A DNA stretch of 64,000 nt from Carpediemonas membranifera BICM (taxonomy: Eukaryota > Protista > Fornicata), in the NCBI GenBank assembly GCA_019828565.1, contig JAHDYR010000053.1, positions 656,214 through 720,213 on the forward strand. Direction: 5' to 3'. The notes under the pieces are model-generated. The model searched no databases and was not told the DNA's origin. It was given only the letters and a program-made list of their open reading frames with translations. A program made the position numbers and the translations under genes. This document shows positions 21,906-31,595 of the stretch, in pieces; position 1 is the stretch's first letter; each line of letters begins with the position of its first letter.

Positions 21906-22108
21906 GACTCACTCGACTCGACTCGATTGCGTCGACCCCAGAGTACGGCCACGATCCTGGCGGGCTTGGAGAGCATGCTAATGCCTCTGGTTTGTCGGTT
22001 GGATGATGCAAGTCTTGCGTTGAGATTCGCTTGCCGTTCTCGCCGACAAAACCGCAACGGCCGCCATATATGCAGCTATTTAACAATTATCAGTATCAGG
22101 CGATCCAA

Positions 22109-23035
22109 TCATCTGAAGAGCATCTCGAGTGACCCCGCCATGCCAGTCACACCAAGCCCGAGGCCGTCGCTCGAGCTACCGCACCGAGGCACAATGGGCG
22201 AGAACTCGGGCAAGAAGAGCGAGTGTCTGGCCCTGCCTGAGCGCTCCATTGTCTGGTAAACAGCTCTCGTTGCGGGCGTGATGGCGGGGGTAGCATCAGG
22301 CCGGACACGTATCTGGCTCACGCACACGGGGCCCCTCGCGTCGCTGTACATCGGGATCGGGCGGGTTGGGGTGAGACCCAGCTTGATTGCGGGAATATCC
22401 GGCGGCGGCTCGGGCTGGGTGCTTTGGCTGTTGAGTCCGAGGGGGTCCTGGGACAGGCCAGTCTGGACGCACTCCGGCACAGGCACATGGCTTGTCGGCG
22501 ATGTGATGGGGGCGACTTCACTGGTGTCCAACTCGTGCTCGACCCAGCCGGGGAGCAGCTGGGAGCTTTCAGTGGGGACGACCGAATCCCGCTGGGAAGG
22601 GAAGGGGATAGCCGAGGCAAGGCGTGGGGATTCCAGTTCAATGGAGCACATGGCATTGAGAACGTCAGGCGTGTTGGTTCCGAAGCGGAACTGGGAGAAG
22701 CCTTGTGCCTTGCTACTTTCAATGTATCGAAGCTCCGCAATCCCAGACTGGGACTCGTTTGTAGACTGTTGGGAATGTGATTGAGATGAATCTGTGAGTA
22801 TGATGTTCTTCTCGTCGAAGAATGGGGGGTTAGCGGTGGAGTGGTACAGAGGTGTGACCAAGGAGTGCTGGGAGTTCTTAGCATCTACACATGGCTCTAA
22901 GAACGTTACACCAGGGGTTTCCTTGTTGTTGGGCCAGTTCTGGCTCATATTTGGAACGACAACTGGATGGCGCAAGCTGCTTGGCGCTATTTCGCCCCGT
23001 CTCATAAAGCACGATATATCGCTGACTGAGACCAA
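22109..23035 (-). CDS. Ser/Pro/Gln-rich hypothetical protein
   Basis: 308-aa ORF, low complexity with many SQ motifs; start uncertain. Confidence 0.45.
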   Translation of the reverse strand: MVSVSDISCFMRRGEIAPSSLRHPVVVPNMSQNWPNNKETPGVTFLEPCVDAKNSQHSLVTPLYHSTANPPFFDEKNIILTDSSQSHSQQSTNESQSGIAELRYIESSKAQGFSQFRFGTNTPDVLNAMCSIELESPRLASAIPFPSQRDSVVPTESSQLLPGWVEHELDTSEVAPITSPTSHVPVPECVQTGLSQDPLGLNSQSTQPEPPPDIPAIKLGLTPTRPIPMYSDARGPVCVSQIRVRPDATPAITPATRAVYQTMERSGRARHSLFLPEFSPIVPRCGSSSDGLGLGVTGMAGSLEMLFR

Positions 23036-23358
23036 TCATGCCCTAAGCGCCCGGCAGTGCACCTCATGGATCGTTTAGGCTCAAGTTTGTTTTCGGTGCT
23101 GACTTGACCCGTTATATCATGTTGGCAGCGCTGGCAACGGACGGTGGCAGAGGGCTTGAGCAGGCATGTGTAGGGTTTCAGCAACACATTGTTGCGGAGG
23201 TGAGGCCGTGAGCGTCAGAGGTTGAAGCGACCATGCAATGTTGAACGAAGATCGAAATTGAACATAAATGACCCCACAGCTTGTTCAGAGCCCTTTACCT
23301 CCCCGATCGCTCCTCCCATTCTTGGTTTCGGCCCGGGGTAATGAAGTTTACTTAGCGC

Positions 23359-23581
23359 TTACTGGGACTGGGCGTTGGGGCCACGGGGCTTGCCCTGGGT
23401 GGCAACAACGTTGACGAAACGCTTGTTGTAAAGGAAACGCTTCTGGGGACGGCCAACGAGGCGCTTCTTCTTGTCCTCCTGAGGCTCAACCTTGGGAGTC
23501 TGTGTAACGCTGAAAGCAAAAGCGACAAACCTGGTTTCTGACCTTACCGGCACGCGCGAGGGAACCGTGAACCTTGCCCAT
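23359..23581 (-). CDS. RPS30: 40S ribosomal protein eS30 (intron 23500-23530)
   Basis: Spliced product [17 protein letters not shown]|[12 protein letters not shown]...YNKRFVNVV...GPNAQ. Confidence 0.96.
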
Positions 23582-23826
23582 TCTGTGTAAGCTCAAACTG
23601 CTTTCGATTGTACAAACAGATCGCTCGAACTGAACAGGTCTTTTTTCATGCACTTTTTTTTCGTGGAAAAAAGATGAATGGCCCAGTCTGGATCAATGGC
23701 ACCAAGCTAGACGGTGAGCGTACGCTCAAGCATTGTAGTACGCTGGCCGAACCATCTGGGGGCGGAAGGTTGACAGCTAATCACTCCATCGTCTGGCAAC
23801 TCGGGCAAGATGTGAGATCGCTGAAT

Positions 23827-25680
23827 TGGCGCATGCTAGCAGTATTCCACGAGACCAAGTCAACTCCGGTCTACGCGTGCAGTCAGTCTTGAGTCAGCGC
23901 TGGTGGCGGCCATCGCATCTGCCTCGCCGTCCTTGCTCGACCTCCAAACGTAAATGAGCCGTATTTACAAAGCCTTACCCCCTAGGAGCGGGGCCGCCGG
24001 CCTGCTTGCTCATGATGAGATGGTCTACGCTGAGCACCGTCACAGCAGCCTGGGCGGCGCCCTGGAGCATGTGGTACTTCGTTCCTCTGTGGTCGAGGAC
24101 GCCTGCCGCCTTCATGTCCAGCAGGGGGTCGCGCATGTCGCTGATGTTGACGCCCATCGTCGTCTTGCCCTCCTCCTGCGCGACCATGAGGTTCGCGATG
24201 ACGGTCGTCGCGTCCATGCCGCCGGTCTCGGCGAGCACGCGAGGTATCTGCTGCAGCGCGACGGCGTACGCGCGGATGGCGTACTGCGAGAGGTCCGCGG
24301 TGTTGTCCGCGAGCCGCAGCAGGCTGTGCGCGAGGAACATCTCGATGGCGCCGCCGCCCGCGACGAGGACGGGGTCCTTGGTCATGTGGTACGTCGTGTT
24401 CACGCCGTTGGCCACCGCGCGGTCGACGTCCTCGATGAGGTTCTTCGTGGCGGCGCGGAGCACGACGGTGGCGATGCCGGACGACGTCGTGCTCAGGTTG
24501 TTGCGGGCGATGGTGACGGTGACGTCGCCGAACTCCTTCGTGTAGATCTCGTCGGAGTGGCCCATCTGCTTGGCCGACGGCGGCAGCAGGTTCACGAGCA
24601 CAGAGGCGCCGACGCTGCTGGCGATGCGGCGGAGCTCGAACTTGCTGTGGATGCGAATGACCATGAGGCCCTTCATCTCGCAGTAGTGCAGCGCCAGGTC
24701 GCCGATCGAGCCGTTGACGACGATGGTGTTGACGCCCGCGTCGACGATGTCCTGGATGAGCTTTTCCATGTGGCTCTCCTCCTTGTTCGAGTAGTTCTTG
24801 AGGTCCTCGGCCGTCTCCAGGACGACCGTGCCCTTCGTCTCCATCTCCTCGTAGTCGAGCGGGCAGGCGTACACAGCGATGTTGGCGTCCTTCAGCTCGG
24901 TCACGGAGGTGCGGCTCACCTGTTGCATCACGACGCCGCGGACGACCGCAGACATGCTGAGGTGCCCGCCCATGAGCTTCGCGACCTGGATGCTGTTGGG
25001 AGTGAACTTGCCGTTGCGGGCGACGGTCTCGACGGCCTCGCCGACGAGGGGCGAGACGACCTCAGACAGGTCGCCGAGCTTGGACGACACGACGGGGTCG
25101 ACGAGACGCGCGACGTTCTCCTTGGTGATGTCCGTGAAGTTGTCGGCGATGGCCACGTCGCTCTCAAGCTCCTTCAGGATGTGGGTCGTGGCGAGCTCGA
25201 AGCCACGGCGGATGTCCTGCACGGTGAGGCCCTGGTTGAGGAGGTCGCCGGCCTGGTTGAGCAGCTCACCGGCGAAGACGATCGAGCTCGTGGCGCCGTC
25301 GCCCATCTCTACCGCCTGGTCCTGCGCGGCCATGACAATGAGCTTGGCGGCGGGATGCTCGAGCTCGAGCTCCTGGATGATCGTAGCGGAGTCCTTTGTG
25401 AGGAAGCTCTTGCCCAAATGGTTCACGACGAGCTTGTTCATGCCCTTGGGGCCGAGAGAGCTGCGCACCAGCTTCGACAGCTCGTGGCACGCTCCGATGT
25501 TCCCCATCACACCTTCCTCGCCGGCCATCTGCCGGGTTCCTTCCTTCGCGAGCTGTGCAAGTCCTACCTTCGGCAACGCGGGCATCTCTGCTGGTTTCTG
25601 TAGCGTTGTCTTGTACGCACTTTAAGCCGAAAATTCTGCACGCAGCATGCGGCGGCGGACCGGCACCACGCGATGAAGGC
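23827..25680 (-). repeat. 1854-bp inverted repeat, right arm (contains CCT8)
   Basis: Reverse complement of 13511-15364. Confidence 0.95.
23975..25585 (-). CDS. CCT8: Chaperonin CCT subunit theta, copy 2 (identical protein)
   Basis: The 536-aa translation is identical to 13606-15216. Confidence 0.93.
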   Translation of the reverse strand: MPALPKVGLAQLAKEGTRQMAGEEGVMGNIGACHELSKLVRSSLGPKGMNKLVVNHLGKSFLTKDSATIIQELELEHPAAKLIVMAAQDQAVEMGDGATSSIVFAGELLNQAGDLLNQGLTVQDIRRGFELATTHILKELESDVAIADNFTDITKENVARLVDPVVSSKLGDLSEVVSPLVGEAVETVARNGKFTPNSIQVAKLMGGHLSMSAVVRGVVMQQVSRTSVTELKDANIAVYACPLDYEEMETKGTVVLETAEDLKNYSNKEESHMEKLIQDIVDAGVNTIVVNGSIGDLALHYCEMKGLMVIRIHSKFELRRIASSVGASVLVNLLPPSAKQMGHSDEIYTKEFGDVTVTIARNNLSTTSSGIATVVLRAATKNLIEDVDRAVANGVNTTYHMTKDPVLVAGGGAIEMFLAHSLLRLADNTADLSQYAIRAYAVALQQIPRVLAETGGMDATTVIANLMVAQEEGKTTMGVNISDMRDPLLDMKAAGVLDHRGTKYHMLQGAAQAAVTVLSVDHLIMSKQAGGPAPRG

Positions 25681-25771
25681 TACAACCTGCATGAGACACC
25701 ACATCTCTCTCCTAGGCTCTGCTCCGCTTTGGTATCCACAGTGCAGGTTACGCGAACTTTCCAGCAGCACA

Positions 25772-27700
25772 ATGGCCGGAACGAAAATTAAGAAGAGAGC
25801 ACAAAAGGTCGTTGAAAAGCCTGCAGAAGTAATCAAGCCAGCGGATCAGTTGCAATTAGGGCCGAAGGAGCTCGAGGAAGAAATCACTCGCATGCTTCGC
25901 AGTGATAACCCCCAGGCGCCCGACAACACCATCCTGTTCAACTTCAATGAACAACACTTCGTTGCATCGACGAACACAGACAAGAACATCCACCACTTCT
26001 CCCAGGACACGATCCTCATCGGGCAGAGTGGCGCCGAGGCCGAGCAGGAGGAGGAGTATCTCGCCATGAAGGCCGGCGACAAGGAGACCAAGCAGGACGA
26101 TGCTGCGGACGATGTGTCGGAGGCCCCCGAGGGCGACACCGTCCTCCGCAACCGGTTCAACTTCAGCGAGCGGGCAACGCAGTGCTTCACCTATCCGTAC
26201 AAGGATAAGAACGTTACGACAGAGGCCCCCCGCATCATCGAGGTCCGCGGAACAGTCGACCAGTCCGTCATTTATGACGCATACATGGCCGACGCCCGCC
26301 GGAAGGAGGCCGCCCCAGCTGCCTCTGCCGACACAGCCAGCACGGACGTTACCGTCCTCCCGTCCACCGAGCCCCACGGCACCAAGGCGGAGCTGGGCAC
26401 CGAGGCCCTGGGCCCCCTTCACCTCATGGAGCGGATGATCTCCCAGAACACGCTGAGCTCGGTCATCGCCGACTATAAGTTCTTCGAGAACCCTGCAGAC
26501 GCCAAGGACCGCAGCCGCGGCTCCATGCTCCCTCTCTGGAAGTTCAAGTACGATCGCGCCTCAGCCAAGGCCGTGACGGCCGTCGCTTGGCACCCCGAGC
26601 ACCCCGACCTGTTTGCCGTGGCATACGGCACCCGCGCCTTCCTACTCGAGGGCGCCCACCCCCAGTCGTTCATCGCCGTGTTCTCCCTGACCCGCCCCCA
26701 CTACCCGGAGGCCGTCATCGTCACGCCCGCAAACATCTGCAGTGTCGCGTGGAACCCCATCGCACCATCCCAACTCGCCGCGGGTCTTTACTCTGGAGAA
26801 ATCGCAGTTTACGACATGGCCCGGGCCCCCGCGCTCCCCACCGACACGCCGACCCAGCCGCTGGCCAGGTCGACAGCCCGCAACGGCAAGCACCTTGAGG
26901 CGGCCTGGGCGGTGACGTTCTGGGCGGACTCTGTGGGGCGGGGGATGGACATTTACTCGACCTCGACTGACGGAACCGCGGCCTGCTGGACGGTGGCAAA
27001 GACAGACATCAAGCGGGCCTCGCAGCTGCCCCTGCACGACGGCGGCATGGTGCTTGCCTTCAACCCCGGATCTGACCACCATTATCTGGTCGGCACGTCG
27101 TCGGGCACTATCCTGCTCTGCTCAAAGGCGTACACGACCCACTATCTGCGGGAGTTCAAGGGCCACACCCTGCCCGTGTCCGGTCTGAGCTGGAACCGGT
27201 GGATGCCTGACCTCTTCCTCTCCGCGGCGGAGGACTGGGCCGTAGTGCTCTGGGACTCCAAGAGAGACGCCCCCATCGCCAGGTTCGAGCTCGATGTGCC
27301 GGTCCACTCGGTTGCTTGGTCGCCTGCCACGTCCACCGTCTTCGCCATCGCCAGGGCTGATGGGAAAATCGCAGTTTATGACCTGGCTATCAACAGATAC
27401 CGGCCTGTGTGCCAGCACACGGTCTGCCCCCACCGGGTCACCACCATCGCGTTCAGCGAGACTACTCCCGTCATCCTGGCTGGCGACGAGAAGGGCGTGA
27501 CCCACGTGCTGAAGCTCTCGCCCAACCTCAGACAGAAGGCGGTGTTCGTGCCGCCCAAGCCCAAGCCCGGGCAGCCCCCAGTCAAGATCAGTCCAGAGGA
27601 GATTGCCCGGCGTTCTGAGGCAATGGAGAAGGAGAAGCTTGAGGACTTTGTGAAGTTCGCAATCAAGAGCAATATTGCTGCCGGCATGGAGGGACAGTAG
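25772..27700 (+). CDS. DNAI1: Axonemal outer-arm dynein intermediate chain (DNAI1/IC78-like)
   Basis: LRNRFNFSERATQ, MERMISQN, LPLWKF, PDLFAVAYG, WD40 repeats and LKLSPNLR. Confidence 0.9.
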   Translation: MAGTKIKKRAQKVVEKPAEVIKPADQLQLGPKELEEEITRMLRSDNPQAPDNTILFNFNEQHFVASTNTDKNIHHFSQDTILIGQSGAEAEQEEEYLAMKAGDKETKQDDAADDVSEAPEGDTVLRNRFNFSERATQCFTYPYKDKNVTTEAPRIIEVRGTVDQSVIYDAYMADARRKEAAPAASADTASTDVTVLPSTEPHGTKAELGTEALGPLHLMERMISQNTLSSVIADYKFFENPADAKDRSRGSMLPLWKFKYDRASAKAVTAVAWHPEHPDLFAVAYGTRAFLLEGAHPQSFIAVFSLTRPHYPEAVIVTPANICSVAWNPIAPSQLAAGLYSGEIAVYDMARAPALPTDTPTQPLARSTARNGKHLEAAWAVTFWADSVGRGMDIYSTSTDGTAACWTVAKTDIKRASQLPLHDGGMVLAFNPGSDHHYLVGTSSGTILLCSKAYTTHYLREFKGHTLPVSGLSWNRWMPDLFLSAAEDWAVVLWDSKRDAPIARFELDVPVHSVAWSPATSTVFAIARADGKIAVYDLAINRYRPVCQHTVCPHRVTTIAFSETTPVILAGDEKGVTHVLKLSPNLRQKAVFVPPKPKPGQPPVKISPEEIARRSEAMEKEKLEDFVKFAIKSNIAAGMEGQ

Positions 27701-28115
27701 AGCGATCTGTGGGCGCGAAAGAAGACTGAAGTGTTGGTAAACTTTCCCGTGACAGCATTCTAATTTACGGTGGTGGAGGTCGATATTTCACAGGCAACCG
27801 AATGGCCAACCAGTTCACATGACAGGTTGACAGTTTCCCTCATAGTTTACCGTTTTGCCTTCAACTTCGACCCGGCCAAATGCCCCCGGCCGCTGTTGCC
27901 GAGCGCCTGTCCTTCATCGCCGCATCCTTTGCTCAACCATCATCGCCAGAAGGCTATTCATTCCAGGAAACGCCGCCATTGATCGCTTTCGAGCTCCGGC
28001 TCTCACAATAGGTTGTGTTGATCACAAGGCCGTGGTACAGAGCTCAATGTCGAGTGAACTGGACGATTGGGCAGCTGTCCTCCGGTGGAGAGCGGAATAC
28101 ACCAGATGTACGAAT

Positions 28116-28406
28116 CTATAGCCCGAGATGGGTAACCACCCGGTTTAGGGTGTCGGTAATCGCGTTCAGCTGATTCTCAACACCAGTGAACCTTCTGTCG
28201 ACCGTTTCCTCGAAATGCGTCATTCTATCCTCCATCCGGTCCATTCTCGTCTCGAGAGTGGAAACTCTCTCCTCAAGGGTCATTGGCATGTCTGGTATGT
28301 CCTCTGCCGTATCCTGCGAATTCGGTGAGGAGTCCGCGGGAATGGCCTGCTGCTCCACAGGCGCGGGCGGATGAACCTGCGGATCACTGTGTCCACGCGA
28401 ACGCAT
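28116..28406 (-). CDS. Small coiled-coil protein
   Basis: 96 aa with heptad run LEERVSTLETRMDRMEDRM...RFTGVENQL. Confidence 0.5.
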   Translation of the reverse strand: MRSRGHSDPQVHPPAPVEQQAIPADSSPNSQDTAEDIPDMPMTLEERVSTLETRMDRMEDRMTHFEETVDRRFTGVENQLNAITDTLNRVVTHLGL

Positions 28407-28574
28407 TTCTGTTGCCGTATCCTGTAAAATTTCAAAATTTCATCAGCCGTGGAGGCCGTAGTAATGGCTGCCCGCTGCCTCACATGCGGCTGCGCGGTGA
28501 CAACCTGTGTTAGACAACGCTACAAACCATTCGTGTCTTATCCTGCGCAAGAACCATTTCTGCCTTCCACGCAC

Positions 28575-29789
28575 ATGGGCGCTTCTGGCCATAGCTTAGT
28601 TGCTATCCTTTCTCTCATAAGCTTTATATTTGCGTATGAGCTGCTGGTGATCAACGACGTCCACTATAGCCCTTATTACAAGGAAAAGTCCTCCTCCTCC
28701 TCCTACTGTGAGAAAGAGGTCCCATCTGCAGCGGTAGCGACATTCGGCAGGTACAACTGCGACGCTCCGATGTCTCTTATCTCTGCCTCGTTGGATGTCA
28801 TTGTCGACGAGGTCCCTAACCCGTTCATGCTCCTCATCGGCGGCGACCTTGCCGGCCACACTGCCGTTTCATGGGAGCAGACGCTTCAGTCAATCACAGA
28901 TGTGACGAATGAGATCACGAAGCGCTACCCCCATGCCTATGGCATCCCCGTCATTGGAAACGACGACGGGTTCCCCGACTACCACATAACACCCTCCATC
29001 CTGGCGGATCTGGCATCCGCATGGAGCAAGTGGCTCATGCCATCAGAGCAGGAGACTTTCAAGGTCGGCGGCTACTACAAACGCGAGGTTTCTTCATCTC
29101 TGCACATTATCGTCATCAACACGCTCGTCGTCATCTCCCGGTACAACCAGGGTGATATGACCGCCAAGCAGTTCGCATGGCTCGAGTCTGAGGTCGCCAA
29201 GAGCTCCGCTGCCGGCGCGTCTCTCGTGCTCGTCGGCCACATCCCGCCCGGGGTCAACGGATTCGACCAGGTTGACCCATGGACGGCGGCAGACTTCAAG
29301 CGGTTCAGCGAGATAGTCAAGAAGCACGAGGAGAGCTTTACGGGCATGTATTTCTTCCACGAGCATGCAGACCTCCACCGCGTCTTCGGGTCCATCCCCA
29401 TGTTCATCTCGCCCTCGATCACCCCCACCTTTGGGAACAACCCGTCGTTCAGGACGATTGAGTGGGACCACGAGGGAAATCTGGTGGATTTAACTCAATA
29501 CTACTCTGATTTGATGCATGCCAACTATGCCGGCAAGGTCGAGTACAGCATTGAGTATAAGATGAGTGAGCTTTACGGCAGGTACATGGATGGCGGCAAG
29601 GCCACTGCTAAAACGATCAAAGCCATACAGCAGGCGATCTTCGACGATGGGGAGTATTGGGCAGACTATTTCGGCCGGTCGATGACGGAGAACGCGGCCA
29701 GTGGGCGGGCTGCGTATGGCTGTGCCATGGTTGTGGGGTCGAATGAGGAGTATGCCTCATGTCTGTCGAAGTATCCGTGGAAGAATTAG
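28575..29789 (+). CDS. Acid sphingomyelinase-like phosphodiesterase (SMPDL3-like metallophosphoesterase)
   Basis: Signal peptide, NDVH, FGRYNCDAP, GGD, GND, GHIPPG, HEH and PSITP...NNPSFR. Confidence 0.88.
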   Translation: MGASGHSLVAILSLISFIFAYELLVINDVHYSPYYKEKSSSSSYCEKEVPSAAVATFGRYNCDAPMSLISASLDVIVDEVPNPFMLLIGGDLAGHTAVSWEQTLQSITDVTNEITKRYPHAYGIPVIGNDDGFPDYHITPSILADLASAWSKWLMPSEQETFKVGGYYKREVSSSLHIIVINTLVVISRYNQGDMTAKQFAWLESEVAKSSAAGASLVLVGHIPPGVNGFDQVDPWTAADFKRFSEIVKKHEESFTGMYFFHEHADLHRVFGSIPMFISPSITPTFGNNPSFRTIEWDHEGNLVDLTQYYSDLMHANYAGKVEYSIEYKMSELYGRYMDGGKATAKTIKAIQQAIFDDGEYWADYFGRSMTENAASGRAAYGCAMVVGSNEEYASCLSKYPWKN

Positions 29790-29967
29790 AGGGCTCATAA
29801 ATTTTGCAATTTGCCTGGGTTGGCTGTTTTTCGGGATGTACTGGGCGGGTATTGAATATGTCTGCAGCTGACACGCTTGGACTCGGATACTGGGTCGTTA
29901 TGGAGGCGCTTGAGGCTGTTTTGCAGGAAACGGGTGTTCGTAAAAAGCTGGAAACGCGGCGTTGTCC

Positions 29968-30644
29968 ATGGACGGGTCTCGTGCAGGACAATCGGAGTTT
30001 ATTATGGGCGGTTCTTCTGATGGGCAGCAAGGTATGTCTGCAAAGAACTTCGGAGTGCACACTCTCAATCGTTTAATGGAATCCGACCAAAAGTGCCGCG
30101 TCACCGCCCAGAAGAACCGACCCGACGTTTCAGTCCTGGGTATGCACTAATTATTAGCTCTTACACAGCTCTTGGCCTCGATCTGAACACTCTCGACCTT
30201 CGTTTGACAGGGATGGATCCTCTCTACCCGCAGCTCGGGACCGTGTGGGCGAAAACACCACCGGACGTCAACCGCATCAACAACGACGTGTACACGCCCG
30301 CATGCTACGATATTAGGCCCCCACACGATCTGTACAAACACGTCCACCGACTCGAGGAGCCTTCTCTTTTTTACGCATTTTACGGCATGCCCGGCGATGA
30401 GATGCAGCTAGCAGCTGCCGGTGAGCTCTACCGTCGCGGGTGGCGGTATCACATGGACAGCATGGTCTGGTTCCTTCCTGACGGAGCACAGCCGCCCATG
30501 GTCCACGAGAGGTACCAACAGGGCAAGTTCCATTACTGGGACAAGGCAAAATGGTGCCGCGGCGTGCGCGATAGTATGACGCTCATCAGCGACCAGCTTG
30601 AGGGCGAGCCCGAACTTCCCGATTTTATGAAGAGGGCTGCGTGA
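29968..30644 (+). CDS. NOT2: CCR4-NOT subunit NOT2 (intron 30140-30168)
   Basis: FG...L|ALGLDLNTL, LFYAFYGMPGD...QLAAAGELYRRGWRYH...WF (NOT box). Confidence 0.85.
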
Positions 30645-30902
30645 TAGCGTTGCCGCATGTTAAATAGGTGCATGCTGTATGCCTTGATGTGGTCGCGCCG
30701 TTGTTGGCAGCGTCGGAATGCCCTTGAAAGAGCTTCCCCGGCATGGGTGACAGAGGCTCGAGTTCCGGAACACCTGTCAAGGCTGACTCACAGTATTAGT
30801 AGCAACGAATGACGACGCTAGACCATCTAATGCAGTGCTACGCCGACCAGCACTGATTAGTCAGCTCAACCAGGAAACAGCACTAAGGGCGGCTATTTAA
30901 CA

Positions 30903-31418
30903 TTACTGGCTCGCTTCCGCCTTACGCTGAGCGATAAGCTGGTATGTCATCTGGAGGTTCTGGTTCTTCACGTTCACGGCCTCGTTGAGCTTGCTGAGCT
31001 GCTCGGTAAGCATCTGTGCCTTCCGCTTGAAGAAATCCTGCGCCGCAGCAACAGTGTATTCAGCAACGAAGCCGGTACCGATGTCAACAAGGACCTTAGA
31101 GTTGTCCTTCACGACAGCGGGGACGTATATGCTCTCGGTGACGGGGATGAGAGCCTCCTGGCCAACCTCCTGCTGCGAGTAGGATTCGATGGCGTTCTGA
31201 GCACCGTTGAACTTGCCAAGAATGAGCTGAAGCTCTGTGTAAAGCAAAAGTCGTTGTGAACAAACGCTTAAGGTGCTTGCCAAGCTTTTCGAATTCTGCC
31301 TCTGTGTTACTCGTCAAAGAACAAAAAACGAACCGAGCTGTTCCTTCACCATGTTAAGCTGATCAAGCGGCATGGTGGTGATATCGATCTGTTGCCCCAT
31401 GGGGTTCGCATCCGCCAT
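30903..31418 (-). CDS. PFDN5: Prefoldin alpha subunit 5 (introns 31235-31265, 31302-31333)
   Basis: Spliced product ...LDQLNMVKEQLE...LIPVTESIYVP...VLVDIGTGFVAE...AQDFFKRK. Confidence 0.9.
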
Positions 31419-31595
31419 TTTCACGTCAGAAATTGGGTTTCACGCACTTTAACCACAGTCGATTTTGAGTCGAAGTGAAGAAGCATGCCAGTAAGATGAC
31501 ATATAGCAGAAATACAGCCATGCAAGGTGCTTAGATGCTCCACTGTCGCGAGTCACCGCTTCTGTTGTTTTGCCGGATTTGGCGCATTTCGGCCG

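Noticed and set aside
23290-23298. GCCCTTTAC resembling U5 snRNA loop 1
   Set aside because: It mismatches the invariant loop, has only a 3-bp stem, and no Sm site was seen.
23359-23581. eS30 without a ubiquitin-like fusion
   Set aside because: The unfused form is normal outside animals.
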